The notes beneath the pieces are model-generated. The model saw nothing but the letters and a program-made list of their open reading frames with translations, searched no databases and was not told the origin of the DNA. A DNA stretch of 64,000 nucleotides from the IMG/VR virus record IMGVR_UViG_3300020457_000004, positions 1 through 64,000 of that record. One strand, written 5' to 3'. The translations under genes were made by a program, and so were the position numbers. This DNA comes from a virus. Positions within the stretch are counted from its first letter, which is position 1; the number at the start of each line of letters is the position of its first letter. Positions 36,817-47,042 of the stretch are shown piece after piece.

Positions 36817-37869
36817 CTAAACCTCTATGTGTTGTGCTTCTACATATAAGGATTGCAATACACTCTTTAATCTTTCTTTGTCTAAATCTGTTACGGTATT
36901 ATCAACATAATCATTTAACAATGTAATTGTATCATCAAGTTTCAAATCCATTTCTCCTACCGCGTTATCCTCAAACTCTGAAAAGTCTTCTATAATCTTT
37001 AACTCCACTAGATTACAACTGTATAATGAGTCAATCAGTTTGTCAAACTTAGCAAAGTTTTCTTTCTTTACAACAATAACTTTTACACATCCGCCAACTA
37101 AATTAGTCAAATCATATTCTACATCATCATCAACATCATTATAGAATATCTTATGAAACATTCTAAATGGATTTTGCATGAATTCTAATTCATTAGTTTG
37201 CGTATCATAGATATTGAACCCTCTATTATCGTTGAAATCAGACCATGTAATTTCATAAGGGTTACCAAGATACACCACATTATCCCTAGCAGAACGGTGA
37301 TGGTAATGACCACTACAAACCAAATCGAAGCGCTCAAAGGCATTATGATCCATTCCATGCTCATTTGGCAGACCTTTATACATTTGGAACCCAGCGAATT
37401 CAAAGTGGCCGAAACATACTTCTGCGTCAGTTCTTTTGACCATTTCCATAGTAGACTCATAATTATCGCTACATATCCAAGGAACAAATAAAATTTTTCT
37501 CCCATCAAATTCTAACTCTGTAATTTCTGGATATACGATGACATTATCATACTCTTGTAATAGTAATTCTGGTGCATTGACATCATTGGTGTTTTTGAAA
37601 TAAGTATCGTGGTTGCCTGGCACCACATGCATATCTATATTTAGGTCTTTTGCTTGGTTGAAGAAATACTCTTTACAACTCTTGAGTGTGTTGTAATTCA
37701 TATACTTTCTTCTATCAAAGATATCACCCAAATGCATAATTGTTTTTATCTCTCTTTCCGCTAGTGCTGGAAAGAAGAACTCATCATAGAATTTTCTGAA
37801 ATACGAATCAAACGGCAAACTGTCTGACCTCGCACCAAAGTGTGTATCGTTAACTAACGCTATCTTCAT
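36817..37869 (-). CDS. 47: Recombination endonuclease subunit gp47 (SbcD/Mre11-like)
   Basis: DTHFG, LGDIFD, GNHD, SGHYH. Confidence 0.96.
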   Translation of the reverse strand: MKIALVNDTHFGARSDSLPFDSYFRKFYDEFFFPALAEREIKTIMHLGDIFDRRKYMNYNTLKSCKEYFFNQAKDLNIDMHVVPGNHDTYFKNTNDVNAPELLLQEYDNVIVYPEITELEFDGRKILFVPWICSDNYESTMEMVKRTDAEVCFGHFEFAGFQMYKGLPNEHGMDHNAFERFDLVCSGHYHHRSARDNVVYLGNPYEITWSDFNDNRGFNIYDTQTNELEFMQNPFRMFHKIFYNDVDDDVEYDLTNLVGGCVKVIVVKKENFAKFDKLIDSLYSCNLVELKIIEDFSEFEDNAVGEMDLKLDDTITLLNDYVDNTVTDLDKERLKSVLQSLYVEAQHIEV

Positions 37870-38851
37870 TCAATACCCCATTCATTTTATGAGAGAATAT
37901 CTCATAGTATCCCTCAAGAGTTAATAGTTTCTTACCATAGTTCATTCTATACTCTTCAAGTTTTTTATCTAACAAACTTTCATCCCTCAACTCCATGACC
38001 TTAGATTTCAAATCATCAAAGTCTTCTATTCTTTGCCAAGGGTCTATGTTATATGTGTTGTTCTTGTCGTACTGTTTCCACACAAAAGGTATCATTCCTA
38101 TTGCGAGTGCCTCCACATATCTAGATGTAGTAGCAGTCTCATCCTTCCAGTTAAAACATAATGTCCATCTGCATGGTTCTAACATAGGATATAATTGATT
38201 CCAATCTTTTATCCACGAAGCCTGTCTTTGAATACCAGATGGAAATCCACCAATCAAACATGTGCTTAAGTCTGGGTCACGATAAATCTTTCTAATAATC
38301 TTATCGCGGTTACACCCTGTCTTCATGCGTCCCCAATATCCAAAGTCGGTTCTCTTTGCCGTAGTGAATAGTGGGTTGCCAAATTTGTTTCTTATAAAGT
38401 GATACTTCATTCCGTGTATGTTACCAGAGAAATCAATCTCATCAATCTCTGTGTAAGATTTGATTGGCACATTCTGTAGTGTTTCTTCTCTGTATAACTT
38501 TTCGTCATCACCTCTATCACTTCTCATGACAATAACATGTTTGTCTTTAAAGAATGGTATGATGTTATCCATGTGGGCCTGTGACTTCGCCAAGTCTTTT
38601 GGATTCATTTGTAACTCACCATGATATCTAAACTCACTATCACTAGGGATTACTATCGCGTCAGCCCATTCTATTGACTCTGGTGTTCTCTTGGGTCTAG
38701 TACCATCAAATGATATGTTATAGGTTCCGTACTGGTGTTGGGGGTTTGCCCTCATCCACTTCACATAGTTCTCTAAAAAACTATCTAGTACCGTTTGTAG
38801 TGGGCCTTCATACTTTACATTAGACCGCAATCTAGCACATGTTATCTTCAT
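37850..38851 (-). CDS. GT-B glycosyltransferase resembling T4 DNA beta-glucosyltransferase
   Basis: DAIVIPSDSEFRYHG and TSRYVEALA...YD recall BGT segments; occupies the gp55-gp47 interval where T4 keeps alpha-gt. Confidence 0.5.
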   Translation of the reverse strand: MKITCARLRSNVKYEGPLQTVLDSFLENYVKWMRANPQHQYGTYNISFDGTRPKRTPESIEWADAIVIPSDSEFRYHGELQMNPKDLAKSQAHMDNIIPFFKDKHVIVMRSDRGDDEKLYREETLQNVPIKSYTEIDEIDFSGNIHGMKYHFIRNKFGNPLFTTAKRTDFGYWGRMKTGCNRDKIIRKIYRDPDLSTCLIGGFPSGIQRQASWIKDWNQLYPMLEPCRWTLCFNWKDETATTSRYVEALAIGMIPFVWKQYDKNNTYNIDPWQRIEDFDDLKSKVMELRDESLLDKKLEEYRMNYGKKLLTLEGYYEIFSHKMNGVLNEDSVS

Positions 38852-39180
38852 ACTTTTCTCTTTCCGTCAAACACACAAATGAAATATAAATCATTGTCAT
38901 CTGAACTATTATAAACTTTGTGAAAGACACCATCTTGAATTGGTACTATATCGCCAGCCTTAACATTGGTGTATAACGAATCTAATTCTATGATACCTTC
39001 ACCTTCAATAAAAAAATATACCTCTTCTTGACCATCGTGTTCATGTCCAGTAGTTTCCTGTCCACCACGCAATCGCGTACTACTAATTACTAATGTGTTA
39101 CCAAAAGGATTATCCTTGACAATATATCTATCGTCTTCCTTAGCAACATATCCACCAATGTCATTTTGGTTTAGGAGCAT
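38848..39180 (-). CDS. Cupin protein
   Basis: GHEHDGQEEVYFF and GVFHKVYN. Confidence 0.85.
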   Translation of the reverse strand: MLLNQNDIGGYVAKEDDRYIVKDNPFGNTLVISSTRLRGGQETTGHEHDGQEEVYFFIEGEGIIELDSLYTNVKAGDIVPIQDGVFHKVYNSSDDNDLYFICVFDGKRKV

Positions 39181-39568
39181 TCCTCACTCGTTTTCTTAAA
39201 TCTGTAGAAGAGAAAGTGTGTGCTCTACTGGTATAGTAAACCTCTATGGGTAAATGACTCCCTGTAAACATCTCATCTTTATACTCTTCACCGACAAATC
39301 TTATGTCAATTCGTTTCGTATTGAGTATATCCATCAAACAACTTTCCCTGTCGTATGGGATAACCTCATCAACATATCTGAGACCATACAACTGAATGTA
39401 TCGCTCGTATATACTTTGTACTGGTTTGTTTTTATTTGACCTGTCTAGTGTGGGGTCTGTTTGTAATCCCACCATAAGAAAGTCACAATTATCTTTTGCC
39501 TCTTCAAGCATAACTACATGACCAGCGTGTAGTAAATCAAATGCACCACAAGTAAATCCTACTTTCAT
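39161..39568 (-). CDS. TagD-like cytidylyltransferase
   Basis: CGAFDLLHAGH, RAHTFSST. Confidence 0.88.
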   Translation of the reverse strand: MKVGFTCGAFDLLHAGHVVMLEEAKDNCDFLMVGLQTDPTLDRSNKNKPVQSIYERYIQLYGLRYVDEVIPYDRESCLMDILNTKRIDIRFVGEEYKDEMFTGSHLPIEVYYTSRAHTFSSTDLRKRVRNAPKPK

Positions 39569-39978
39569 TTTATTATCCTTGTAAAATTATCTAAGTCAAC
39601 AAAGTGTGGAGTGAAACTATAAATGTCACCAATCTCTTTACAATGACTCAAAACACTTCTACTTATTTTATGACTGCCTGTTATAATATAAACCTCGTCA
39701 TATTGATACTGTTTATAATACTTCCAAATTTTATGTGGTAGTTTTTCTTCTACACTACCCCCAACATTTTGATTTGTACAATCAGCATAAAATATTTGTT
39801 CGTCCTTGGTAATAATGAAATCAATTTCTCTCGCACCAGATTTAGCTCTTGTATATCCAATAGAGTTTTGCTTACAAAACTTTTCAACCAATAGTTCTAG
39901 TCTCTTACCAGAGTTTTCTGGTCTTCCTAGTATTGGTTCGTCTATATCCTCTACAACTAAACCAAGGGAGTTTTTCAT
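39565..39978 (-). CDS. PD-(D/E)xK nuclease-fold protein
   Basis: IDF...ADCTNQNVGGSVEEKL. Confidence 0.55.
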   Translation of the reverse strand: MKNSLGLVVEDIDEPILGRPENSGKRLELLVEKFCKQNSIGYTRAKSGAREIDFIITKDEQIFYADCTNQNVGGSVEEKLPHKIWKYYKQYQYDEVYIITGSHKISRSVLSHCKEIGDIYSFTPHFVDLDNFTRIIK

Positions 39979-40226
39979 TGTCTGTCAGCCCACCACTCCA
40001 TTTTTTCAAAGTCATTGAAACCACCAATCAGTTCACCGTCCACAAATATCTGTGGGAATGTTCTGGCGTGAGGTGATTTTTCAAGCAGTTCATCAAATGT
40101 AAAATCTTCATCTAACATTTTTTTCTCATACTTGATATGTGTTGTTTCTTGTACTATTTGTTGTGCAATATGCACAGCCCTGTCACAGAAGGGGCAATCT
40201 GGTTTTGAATAAATTTCTATGTTCAT
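39975..40226 (-). CDS. Glutaredoxin
   Basis: CPFC, TFPQIF, IGG. Confidence 0.93.
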   Translation of the reverse strand: MNIEIYSKPDCPFCDRAVHIAQQIVQETTHIKYEKKMLDEDFTFDELLEKSPHARTFPQIFVDGELIGGFNDFEKMEWWADRQ

Positions 40227-41335
40227 CTTATTATATCTATTTTGTTAATTGTTTCAGAATTCCAGACTTCCAAATCTTTTCTTATTCTTCCATCTGAGAC
40301 CAAGTTGCTATATCTTTTGACGGCTTTCTTTTTCCACCAATCAATAACATTTTCTAGTTCAAACCTATCAAAGTTTTCTGCCTTCTCTAGTGTATTTGTT
40401 TTACCAAGAAGAACATCGCGTACATTCTTATATCCATACTCTGACATATAAAATCTTTTTTGTGTAGTCACATCGGTTGACTTCTTGATTACATCATCAA
40501 ACAACTCATATGCTTTCACATCATGTTCTTTTAGGTTTGCCTTGAGAACTTGAATCATCTTTGTTTGGTATTTAAGTTTTCTACTAGATGCACCCTTGTG
40601 AATAAGAACTTCACCACCATTCTTTTCTTCAAACCAATCGCGTAAATGAAAATAAATTTCTTCACCCATAGTTAGTAAGAATGATGACATGGTATCTCCT
40701 TTATATCTTAGGAACGGTCTCATACCATCGTACATACTAGCACCCTTTATGTTACCATATAAAGATGTAGTTTCAAACAAACAAAACTCTGTATTGTATT
40801 TCTTGTTCAACATCCTTCGTACTTCATGCGAACAACAAATGGCAGCCAATAACTTACCACCTAGATAATTAAATCCAAATGGTTGTACTGGAACTATATT
40901 AAACCCCATGATTGCCCTCTTGTTAAAGATAGGCAAGTCGGGGACACCACCAAGAAAATCATTCCTTGGTTTGGAGTTTATTAACGGTGACCCCAACTTG
41001 ATAAAACCAACTGCTGTGTTTGTATTCGTTTCTTTCACAATCAGTTTTAATTCTTTGCCTGGCGCTTGGTCTGGTGAAAAAGATGCAGTCATCTCTAGCA
41101 TCTGGTCAAACACCTCATTGTTCATTTGAACAACTGAAAAATTCATTTCTTCTGGATGCATATCCCAACTCTGAAACATATCATCCTCTACACTCATACC
41201 AAAGAGAGGCGGAGGCAATGCCTTCACTCTTTCGATTTTTCTCGCACGAAAGTAATCGTCAATCCTTTCAAACTTTGAAAAGTAATCAACAACTATCTTG
41301 CTAGCATATATGGTATCTTCTTTTGATAATATCAT
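40223..41335 (-). CDS. DruA/DUF4338-like GNAT-fold protein
   Basis: VPVQPFG..YLGGKLLA, ETTSLYG...SMYDG. Confidence 0.6.
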   Translation of the reverse strand: MILSKEDTIYASKIVVDYFSKFERIDDYFRARKIERVKALPPPLFGMSVEDDMFQSWDMHPEEMNFSVVQMNNEVFDQMLEMTASFSPDQAPGKELKLIVKETNTNTAVGFIKLGSPLINSKPRNDFLGGVPDLPIFNKRAIMGFNIVPVQPFGFNYLGGKLLAAICCSHEVRRMLNKKYNTEFCLFETTSLYGNIKGASMYDGMRPFLRYKGDTMSSFLLTMGEEIYFHLRDWFEEKNGGEVLIHKGASSRKLKYQTKMIQVLKANLKEHDVKAYELFDDVIKKSTDVTTQKRFYMSEYGYKNVRDVLLGKTNTLEKAENFDRFELENVIDWWKKKAVKRYSNLVSDGRIRKDLEVWNSETINKIDIIR

Positions 41336-41871
41336 GCGACATTCATAAACTCTGGTACATCGCGGTTAGTCCATTTAGCGAAACCTTTTTTCTCTTCTCT
41401 GTAATAGGTTCTGTATCCATCAAGAGCGTTGGACTGTTTACAATAATCTGGCATACATTGTGGTGGTTCATTCCAAGAACCATGTGGTATATTCTTTGGT
41501 GACTCAGATAACAATTCACGCAACTTGGAATCGGTCATGTGTATTCTACCATACCTGTATGTGTACTCATCACAAAGATTAGTAAACATGTTGTACATGT
41601 ATTGATACTGAGAATTGTTTTCACGAACCCATATAGCAGATGGGTGATTGATGTGTGACGCTTTGTATAAGACACCATCCATATTAGAATTGTCTAGTCG
41701 CCACCGTTTGATTTTCCTACCACTAGATGCGTCAATCCATTGTGTACCATCCAACATTCTGTGGGCGGTAGACAATAACTGAGCATACTCAATAACCATC
41801 TTCACGACATGTTTGTCGCAATGCATTTTTACTGATATGGTAGGGGTTTTATGTAAATAAAATATGTTCAT
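41332..41871 (-). CDS. Pyrimidine-dimer DNA glycosylase-like protein (DenV family)
   Basis: MNIFYL...HCDKHVVKM..EYAQLLSTAH, HINHPSAIW. Confidence 0.8.
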   Translation of the reverse strand: MNIFYLHKTPTISVKMHCDKHVVKMVIEYAQLLSTAHRMLDGTQWIDASSGRKIKRWRLDNSNMDGVLYKASHINHPSAIWVRENNSQYQYMYNMFTNLCDEYTYRYGRIHMTDSKLRELLSESPKNIPHGSWNEPPQCMPDYCKQSNALDGYRTYYREEKKGFAKWTNRDVPEFMNVA

Positions 41872-41909
41872 AATAAAGAAAACTCCAATTAAACTTTATA
41901 TAACTACAC

Positions 41910-41938
41910 ATTATACGCTATCTGCGGGCAAAAGTCAA
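41910..41938 (-). promoter_or_regulatory. sigma70-type promoter
   Basis: TTGACT-17-TATAAT. Confidence 0.75.
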
Positions 41939-42552
41939 GTACTTTTTTCTGCATCTTTCAACTCTGGTATTTTCTCCTTTGCCATCTTCATTGCTTCCTT
42001 GTCATCCAGATATTTCGGACGCCTTTTAGGAACCTTCTTATCTTGTTCTGCGTACTGAGCATTATGTTTTTCCGCTTCATCGATTTGTTTTTTCATATAC
42101 TCTACGAATTCAGCAGAACCCCCATGACCTTCTTCGCCATCTATGATAGATTGCATGTCAATGTTCTGGATGTACTTGTACTTAGTGTCAAGTTGTTTCT
42201 TTTCTTTTTGTATCCTTCTTAGAAAAGCATAGTATGTAATCTGCGTGAAGTACGCAAATGGATTCTTTGACTTTTCTGGATTGAAGTTATCAATGTATGT
42301 GATACAGTTTTCTATACCATCCAAAATCATTTCTTCTCTGAATGTATAGTTTACGAAATTTGATTTGTATGCGAGGTGGTTTGCAATTTTTACAAAACAC
42401 TCTCCGATATACTCTGTGACACGCGGTTTATCTTTTCCTTTCTCTGCGGCCTCCAATACCGATTCTCGGTATGCAGTCATAGCAACAAGGAATTCTTTGT
42501 TGTTCACATAGTGTCGATTAGTTTCTGATTTCTTATTCATAATGTTGTCCAT
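41935..42552 (-). CDS. 55: Late-transcription sigma factor gp55 (start may be 42540)
   Basis: HYVNNKEF, NFVNYTFREEMILDG, NPFAYFTQI. Confidence 0.97.
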   Translation of the reverse strand: MDNIMNKKSETNRHYVNNKEFLVAMTAYRESVLEAAEKGKDKPRVTEYIGECFVKIANHLAYKSNFVNYTFREEMILDGIENCITYIDNFNPEKSKNPFAYFTQITYYAFLRRIQKEKKQLDTKYKYIQNIDMQSIIDGEEGHGGSAEFVEYMKKQIDEAEKHNAQYAEQDKKVPKRRPKYLDDKEAMKMAKEKIPELKDAEKST

Positions 42553-42579
42553 TCTATAATAAAGTTACGCAAAAGTCAA
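42551..42579 (-). promoter_or_regulatory. sigma70-type promoter of gp55
   Basis: TTGACT-17-TAGAAT. Confidence 0.65.
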
Positions 42580-42601
42580 GCAAAAAAATAAAATATTTTT
42601 C

Positions 42602-42631
42602 TTGACAACTGCCCAAGGTTTCATGTATAAT
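42602..42631 (+). promoter_or_regulatory. Consensus sigma70 promoter facing antisense into the uvsW operon
   Basis: TTGACA-18-TATAAT with upstream A/T tract; no plus-strand ORF follows. Confidence 0.55.
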
Positions 42632-42657
42632 GAGTTGTCGTTTAAGGATAGCTATAT

Positions 42658-43068
42658 CTAATGTAGTATCCTTTTCTTTTTACCTATCAATTCGTCCACC
42701 ATTTCTTTAAGTGTTTCGTGGTCGAACATATCTTCTTCCTCATCATTTTCAAACTCCTCATCAATTGGTGGCGGGAGGTCGATTGGGTTGTTGAAATACC
42801 CATCTTTTAAATTTTCATATCCAGCGTGATACCCTTCACTTAGGGGCGCGATTGCGACTATATTATTTGTATTCACTTCAAAAACAGTTTCGTTAGAAAA
42901 TGACATCCACGGTCTTATTGAATAAGCTTCAGTTGTCATAGATACTGGCAATCTTAAAATTTCCATAGGATAGTGTAATGTTATCTTACCCAAAATTTCG
43001 GATTCTTCAACACTCGCTACTATCTGTAGCCCACTATCAAATACAATTATTTTTGGTTCGTTTGTCAT
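42658..43068 (-). CDS. Hypothetical protein (uvsW-gp55 linker gene)
   Basis: 136 aa; conserved position; RPWMSFS motif. Confidence 0.6.
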   Translation of the reverse strand: MTNEPKIIVFDSGLQIVASVEESEILGKITLHYPMEILRLPVSMTTEAYSIRPWMSFSNETVFEVNTNNIVAIAPLSEGYHAGYENLKDGYFNNPIDLPPPIDEEFENDEEEDMFDHETLKEMVDELIGKKKRILH

Positions 43069-44549
43069 ATCTTTCCTTGTGAGTCTAGCTTCACTACTTT
43101 GTAATCAAAGGATTCTTCATTATACATTTTAATTCTTTCTAACAGGTGGTTCAGAGTATAATTTTTTCTCTGTTTCCATGAAAGGTCATCACCAATATCA
43201 AACAAATTACATTTTGTTTTTATTTCACTTTTCCGAAGTCCTCTTCCAATCGACTGTAGATTTCTAATTCTACTCTTACTTGGAGAGGCAAACACAATAT
43301 TATTAAGGTTCCTTATATTTATACCTGTAGAAAAGGTTCCGTAACTGGCAATGATGATTGTATTATCAGATTTTTCTGTTAATGACCTAATTTTTTCTCT
43401 TTGGTCTGTTTCTGTGCCACCAAATACAAAATGAACTGGGCGGTCTGTCATTTTAGATATTATATCATATAGTTTCTGACCATGTTTTTCTACATACTGA
43501 TATAATAAAAGAGTATTTCCCTTCTGTGCTACAGTTAGTTTACTTATAATATTATTTCTGCCCGCGTGTCCGACTATAAAATCCATCTCTTCTTTGTAAG
43601 GCATCTTAGATACAAGTTTTCTTTCCTCATCTGGATACTCCAACAACATACAGACAATTTTTAAGTCTGCAAGTTCTTTCTTATCCATTAGTTTTTTGGT
43701 ACTAGTAACCTTATATACCTTACCAAACACACCCTCTAAGACTAATCTATGCGTTTGTGTACCATCTAATGTACCAGTAGTACCTATTCTAAATCTGGCG
43801 TTCGTGCATTTATCCATGAGAGTCATCAAAGACTTTGCTTTGAATAGGTGTGCCTCGTCACCGTACACTACATCAAATTCTTCAAACCATTTCTTTGGAT
43901 ACTTGTAGATAGATTGCCATGTTGATATAACAATGTCCGCTTTGTTTGTTTTTTCTTTACCACCGTATATCCTATGACAGTACTTTGATACATCAAAACC
44001 ATTGTGTGTGGAGTAATCAGCGAAGTCTCCGTACATTTGTTCTACTAAACTGGTAGTAGGGACTACAATAAGTTGTTTTCGTCCTAAGGCGTGATGATAT
44101 CGCGCCAGATTGTATATTATGAGGGACTTACCACTAGCGGTAGGGGAAAGTAAAAGAGTCCTGCCACCGTTGATTGCATCGAATACAGCGTCTTGTTGAT
44201 AGTCTCTTATCTGAATAGGTTTCCAGTTACTATGAAGTTTTAATTTACTGGCGAATTCTTTGACCTCATCGCGTGACATCTCCTCGCCAATCTCACCCAT
44301 CTCCAACTTGACTTCATACTCAAGTTGTTTTGCAAATTCTAATAGGTAAGGCAAAAGACCAACATATAGTTCTCGTCTGGATAGATTGTATAAACGAATC
44401 TTCCCATCCCAATGTCGGTTCCTATATGAAGGCATAAATGAGGCGCCAGGCACCTCAAAGGTAAAGAAATCTGATATCTCTTTTGTTATACCCTCATCGG
44501 AAGCTTCCACATACATATGCACATGGTCTTTCTGTTTGACAAATATCAT
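43065..44549 (-). CDS. uvsW: UvsW helicase
   Basis: PTASGKS, DEAH, TTGT, QSIGRGLR; ATGA overlap with uvsY. Confidence 0.97.
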   Translation of the reverse strand: MIFVKQKDHVHMYVEASDEGITKEISDFFTFEVPGASFMPSYRNRHWDGKIRLYNLSRRELYVGLLPYLLEFAKQLEYEVKLEMGEIGEEMSRDEVKEFASKLKLHSNWKPIQIRDYQQDAVFDAINGGRTLLLSPTASGKSLIIYNLARYHHALGRKQLIVVPTTSLVEQMYGDFADYSTHNGFDVSKYCHRIYGGKEKTNKADIVISTWQSIYKYPKKWFEEFDVVYGDEAHLFKAKSLMTLMDKCTNARFRIGTTGTLDGTQTHRLVLEGVFGKVYKVTSTKKLMDKKELADLKIVCMLLEYPDEERKLVSKMPYKEEMDFIVGHAGRNNIISKLTVAQKGNTLLLYQYVEKHGQKLYDIISKMTDRPVHFVFGGTETDQREKIRSLTEKSDNTIIIASYGTFSTGINIRNLNNIVFASPSKSRIRNLQSIGRGLRKSEIKTKCNLFDIGDDLSWKQRKNYTLNHLLERIKMYNEESFDYKVVKLDSQGKI

Positions 44550-44989
44550 AGTAGGCCAGATTGTGTCTTGTTCCATTCAACAGCATTTTTGATGTCCCAA
44601 GTCCTCGAATTTAAACTACGCAATACCCTGTCCAAAAAATCTACTGTTGTTTCTAAGTACCAAATTTTATCTTGTTGTTTTATAATATCCCCATCTCCAT
44701 CTAGTACTGCTCTCATGTCAGATTTGAGTACGGAATTTTTATACCAAGGTTCCCAACCAAGTTGGTCAAGTTCCTCTTTGGATAATTCTCCACGAAAGTA
44801 TTCTGACTTAACTCTTTCAAGTCTTGCCAAGTCCGCCTGTGCTTTTCTTAATTGTAATTTAAAGTTAGCAAGGTGAGTTACATATTTTGCGTGAAGATTT
44901 GGTGTACCTATAGATTCGGCACCAAGGTCAAGTTCATCGATTTTACAATCTTCAGCCCACATATCTTGAAGTTCGTTCAATGTAGCCAT
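44546..44989 (-). CDS. uvsY: Recombination mediator UvsY
   Basis: LHAKY...RTWDIKNAVEW; synteny. Confidence 0.9.
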   Translation of the reverse strand: MATLNELQDMWAEDCKIDELDLGAESIGTPNLHAKYVTHLANFKLQLRKAQADLARLERVKSEYFRGELSKEELDQLGWEPWYKNSVLKSDMRAVLDGDGDIIKQQDKIWYLETTVDFLDRVLRSLNSRTWDIKNAVEWNKTQSGLL

Positions 44990-45005
44990 AATATATCCTT
45001 CAATG

Positions 45006-45593
45006 TTAAGTTACAGATTTAATATTAAATATCCTATATTTAAAAGATGCAAGTCCAACAAAGTATGGTGAGTCTCCACCAGATATGTCAAAGTCTAATC
45101 CACTCAATGCAATTGGAAAAGCATCTTTGAATAAAATTTCTTGATTTGGATTATTGTTAGAGTCGAGTACAAACAAACTCGCGTCACTAACTTGTCCAAT
45201 TGATTCTTGTTTAGCTGTTCTTTGTCCACCAGTTCTCCATTGTTGAGACTTAACAAACTCAGTAAACTGAGAATGTTTCTCTGGGAACCCTAGTCCAACT
45301 AACCAGTTATACAGTTCGATATAGTTTGTCATATCTTCTTGTATTAGGAATCTTATATTTAGGTCACCAAAAGTAATCTTATCGCCTGGAAATGGTATAT
45401 CCTGTAGCGGTGTAGTTTGTACTGGGAAACCAATAGTCATGTCTGGAATATTTGCACCTTGACAAAAGAACGCGACATTAGGAAGATTATGGACTTGGAA
45501 CTTAAACCCATTGGGTCTAAGATAGTCAAGTTCCGTCCCCGATTGAGCGGCGAAATTACCTTCTGATACATTTGGTGTTACTGTAAATGCCAT
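45006..45593 (-). CDS. 3: Tail tube terminator gp3
   Basis: FFCQGANIP, PGDKITFGDL, FKDAFP. Confidence 0.88.
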   Translation of the reverse strand: MAFTVTPNVSEGNFAAQSGTELDYLRPNGFKFQVHNLPNVAFFCQGANIPDMTIGFPVQTTPLQDIPFPGDKITFGDLNIRFLIQEDMTNYIELYNWLVGLGFPEKHSQFTEFVKSQQWRTGGQRTAKQESIGQVSDASLFVLDSNNNPNQEILFKDAFPIALSGLDFDISGGDSPYFVGLASFKYRIFNIKSVT

Positions 45594-45617
45594 GGTTTTA
45601 AACCTAAAATGATTAAT

Positions 45618-45646
45618 ATTATACTGCTATTTATAACAAATGTCAA
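45618..45646 (-). promoter_or_regulatory. sigma70 promoter with nested late promoter
   Basis: TTGACA-17-TATAAT with TATAAATA (45628-45635) inside the spacer. Confidence 0.75.
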
Positions 45647-45649
45647 GCG

Positions 45650-45676
45650 AAAAAAAAGGGAGTCTTGCGACTCCCT
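45650..45676 (-). terminator. Terminator after gp23
   Basis: AGGGAGTC-GCAA-GACTCCCT plus T tract. Confidence 0.9.
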
Positions 45677-45720
45677 CTAAAACTGTTGTTTTTACTGGTT
45701 GGTTGTCCCAACTCTTATTG

Positions 45721-46986
45721 TTACATAAGGTTAGTAACTTTAACAGACCTGTAGTACTGGTTTCTATCAGCAGTAAATGTGTCTGCATCTGTAGTACCGT
45801 CAGATTGTGTTACATATGGGTTAGCAATCATACCATATCTAGTTTTGAAACCGATTTTCGGTTGGAAAGTAGATGGGTCAATCGCACGAACCATTTGTAA
45901 AGGTACATACGGACAGTAGAACAGACCAGCGTCATAAGGTGAAGTTCCTTTATAACCGGCAACATAGAACTGAGAAGCAGCACCTGTGTTAGCAGAATAA
46001 GGGTCAACATACACTCTGTAGCGTCCGTTAAGAACACCAGCGAAAGTGTTACCTGTGTCATCGACATTAAGATTAGTGTCAAGAGCAGGAGCGTAATCTA
46101 ATACACCAGCCATTGAAAGTGCAGAGGCAACATCTGAAGAACAGATGATGAAGTTACCTTTTCCTCTACGAGTATCTTGAGCGATAACATTAGCATCTCG
46201 TTCAATGTTGAACAAGAGACCCTTGAACCTTTCTACAGACCAACGACCATTTGAATCAACATCAAGGTCGAAAGTACCAGCAGATGCAGTCGAAGCAGCA
46301 CCTGTCTTAGCAACTTTGTAGATAGTTCTAATTACTTCTCGGTTAATCTCAGCGAGAATTTCCTGTGACAGAATGTTTGATAATTCTGACTCAGCGTCAA
46401 GACCGTGAACTGCTTTAAGGTCTTGAGCAAGTTCCACAGTATATTCTGCTTTTAATGCCCTTGACTTAGCGGTTACAGTTGTCTTCTCGATTGAGAATGC
46501 CATTTGGTTCAAAGTAACTGTGTCACCGAACAATTCTGCATTGTCTCTAGTTACACCAGTACCAGTTGTGTATGAACCGTCAACTGGATTCGACCCAGCG
46601 TGAGTACCTGTACCAGCAAAGTCAGTATCAGCCTCATTGTACAGAGCTTCTGTACCTGTTTGAGAGGTGTAGTGTGACTTCATGGCAAAGATAAGACCTG
46701 TTGGGCCTGTCATAGGTTGAACACCACAGACATCATACGCCATCAAATTAGGAAGAGCTCGTCTTACTAATGAGATAAGGATGGGGTCATAAGTGTCAAT
46801 CGCAGATGACATATTATTTGCGTGAACTGCTTCAGAGATTATTGATTTCTCTTCTTGCAATGCCTTTTCTTGGTTTTCAAGAATTACAGCAGTTACCGCT
46901 TTACGATAACTATCCTTGATTTCGCCAAGGTCGGGGTGATCCAATACTGGACTCCACTTTTTTTGGATTTCTTCTGAAAGATACAT
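45721..46986 (-). CDS. 23: Major capsid protein gp23
   Basis: GVQPMTGPTGLIFAM, LKAEYTVELAQDLKAVHG, YCPYVPL, FKTRYG. Confidence 0.99.
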   Translation of the reverse strand: MYLSEEIQKKWSPVLDHPDLGEIKDSYRKAVTAVILENQEKALQEEKSIISEAVHANNMSSAIDTYDPILISLVRRALPNLMAYDVCGVQPMTGPTGLIFAMKSHYTSQTGTEALYNEADTDFAGTGTHAGSNPVDGSYTTGTGVTRDNAELFGDTVTLNQMAFSIEKTTVTAKSRALKAEYTVELAQDLKAVHGLDAESELSNILSQEILAEINREVIRTIYKVAKTGAASTASAGTFDLDVDSNGRWSVERFKGLLFNIERDANVIAQDTRRGKGNFIICSSDVASALSMAGVLDYAPALDTNLNVDDTGNTFAGVLNGRYRVYVDPYSANTGAASQFYVAGYKGTSPYDAGLFYCPYVPLQMVRAIDPSTFQPKIGFKTRYGMIANPYVTQSDGTTDADTFTADRNQYYRSVKVTNLM

Positions 46987-47028
46987 TGTAGTCTCCTATT
47001 TTCTTTCTGGTTATTTACCTATTGGTAT

Positions 47029-47036
47029 TATTTATA
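47029..47036 (-). promoter_or_regulatory. T4-type late promoter TATAAATA
   Basis: Upstream of gp23. Confidence 0.85.
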
Positions 47037-47042
47037 ATAAAC

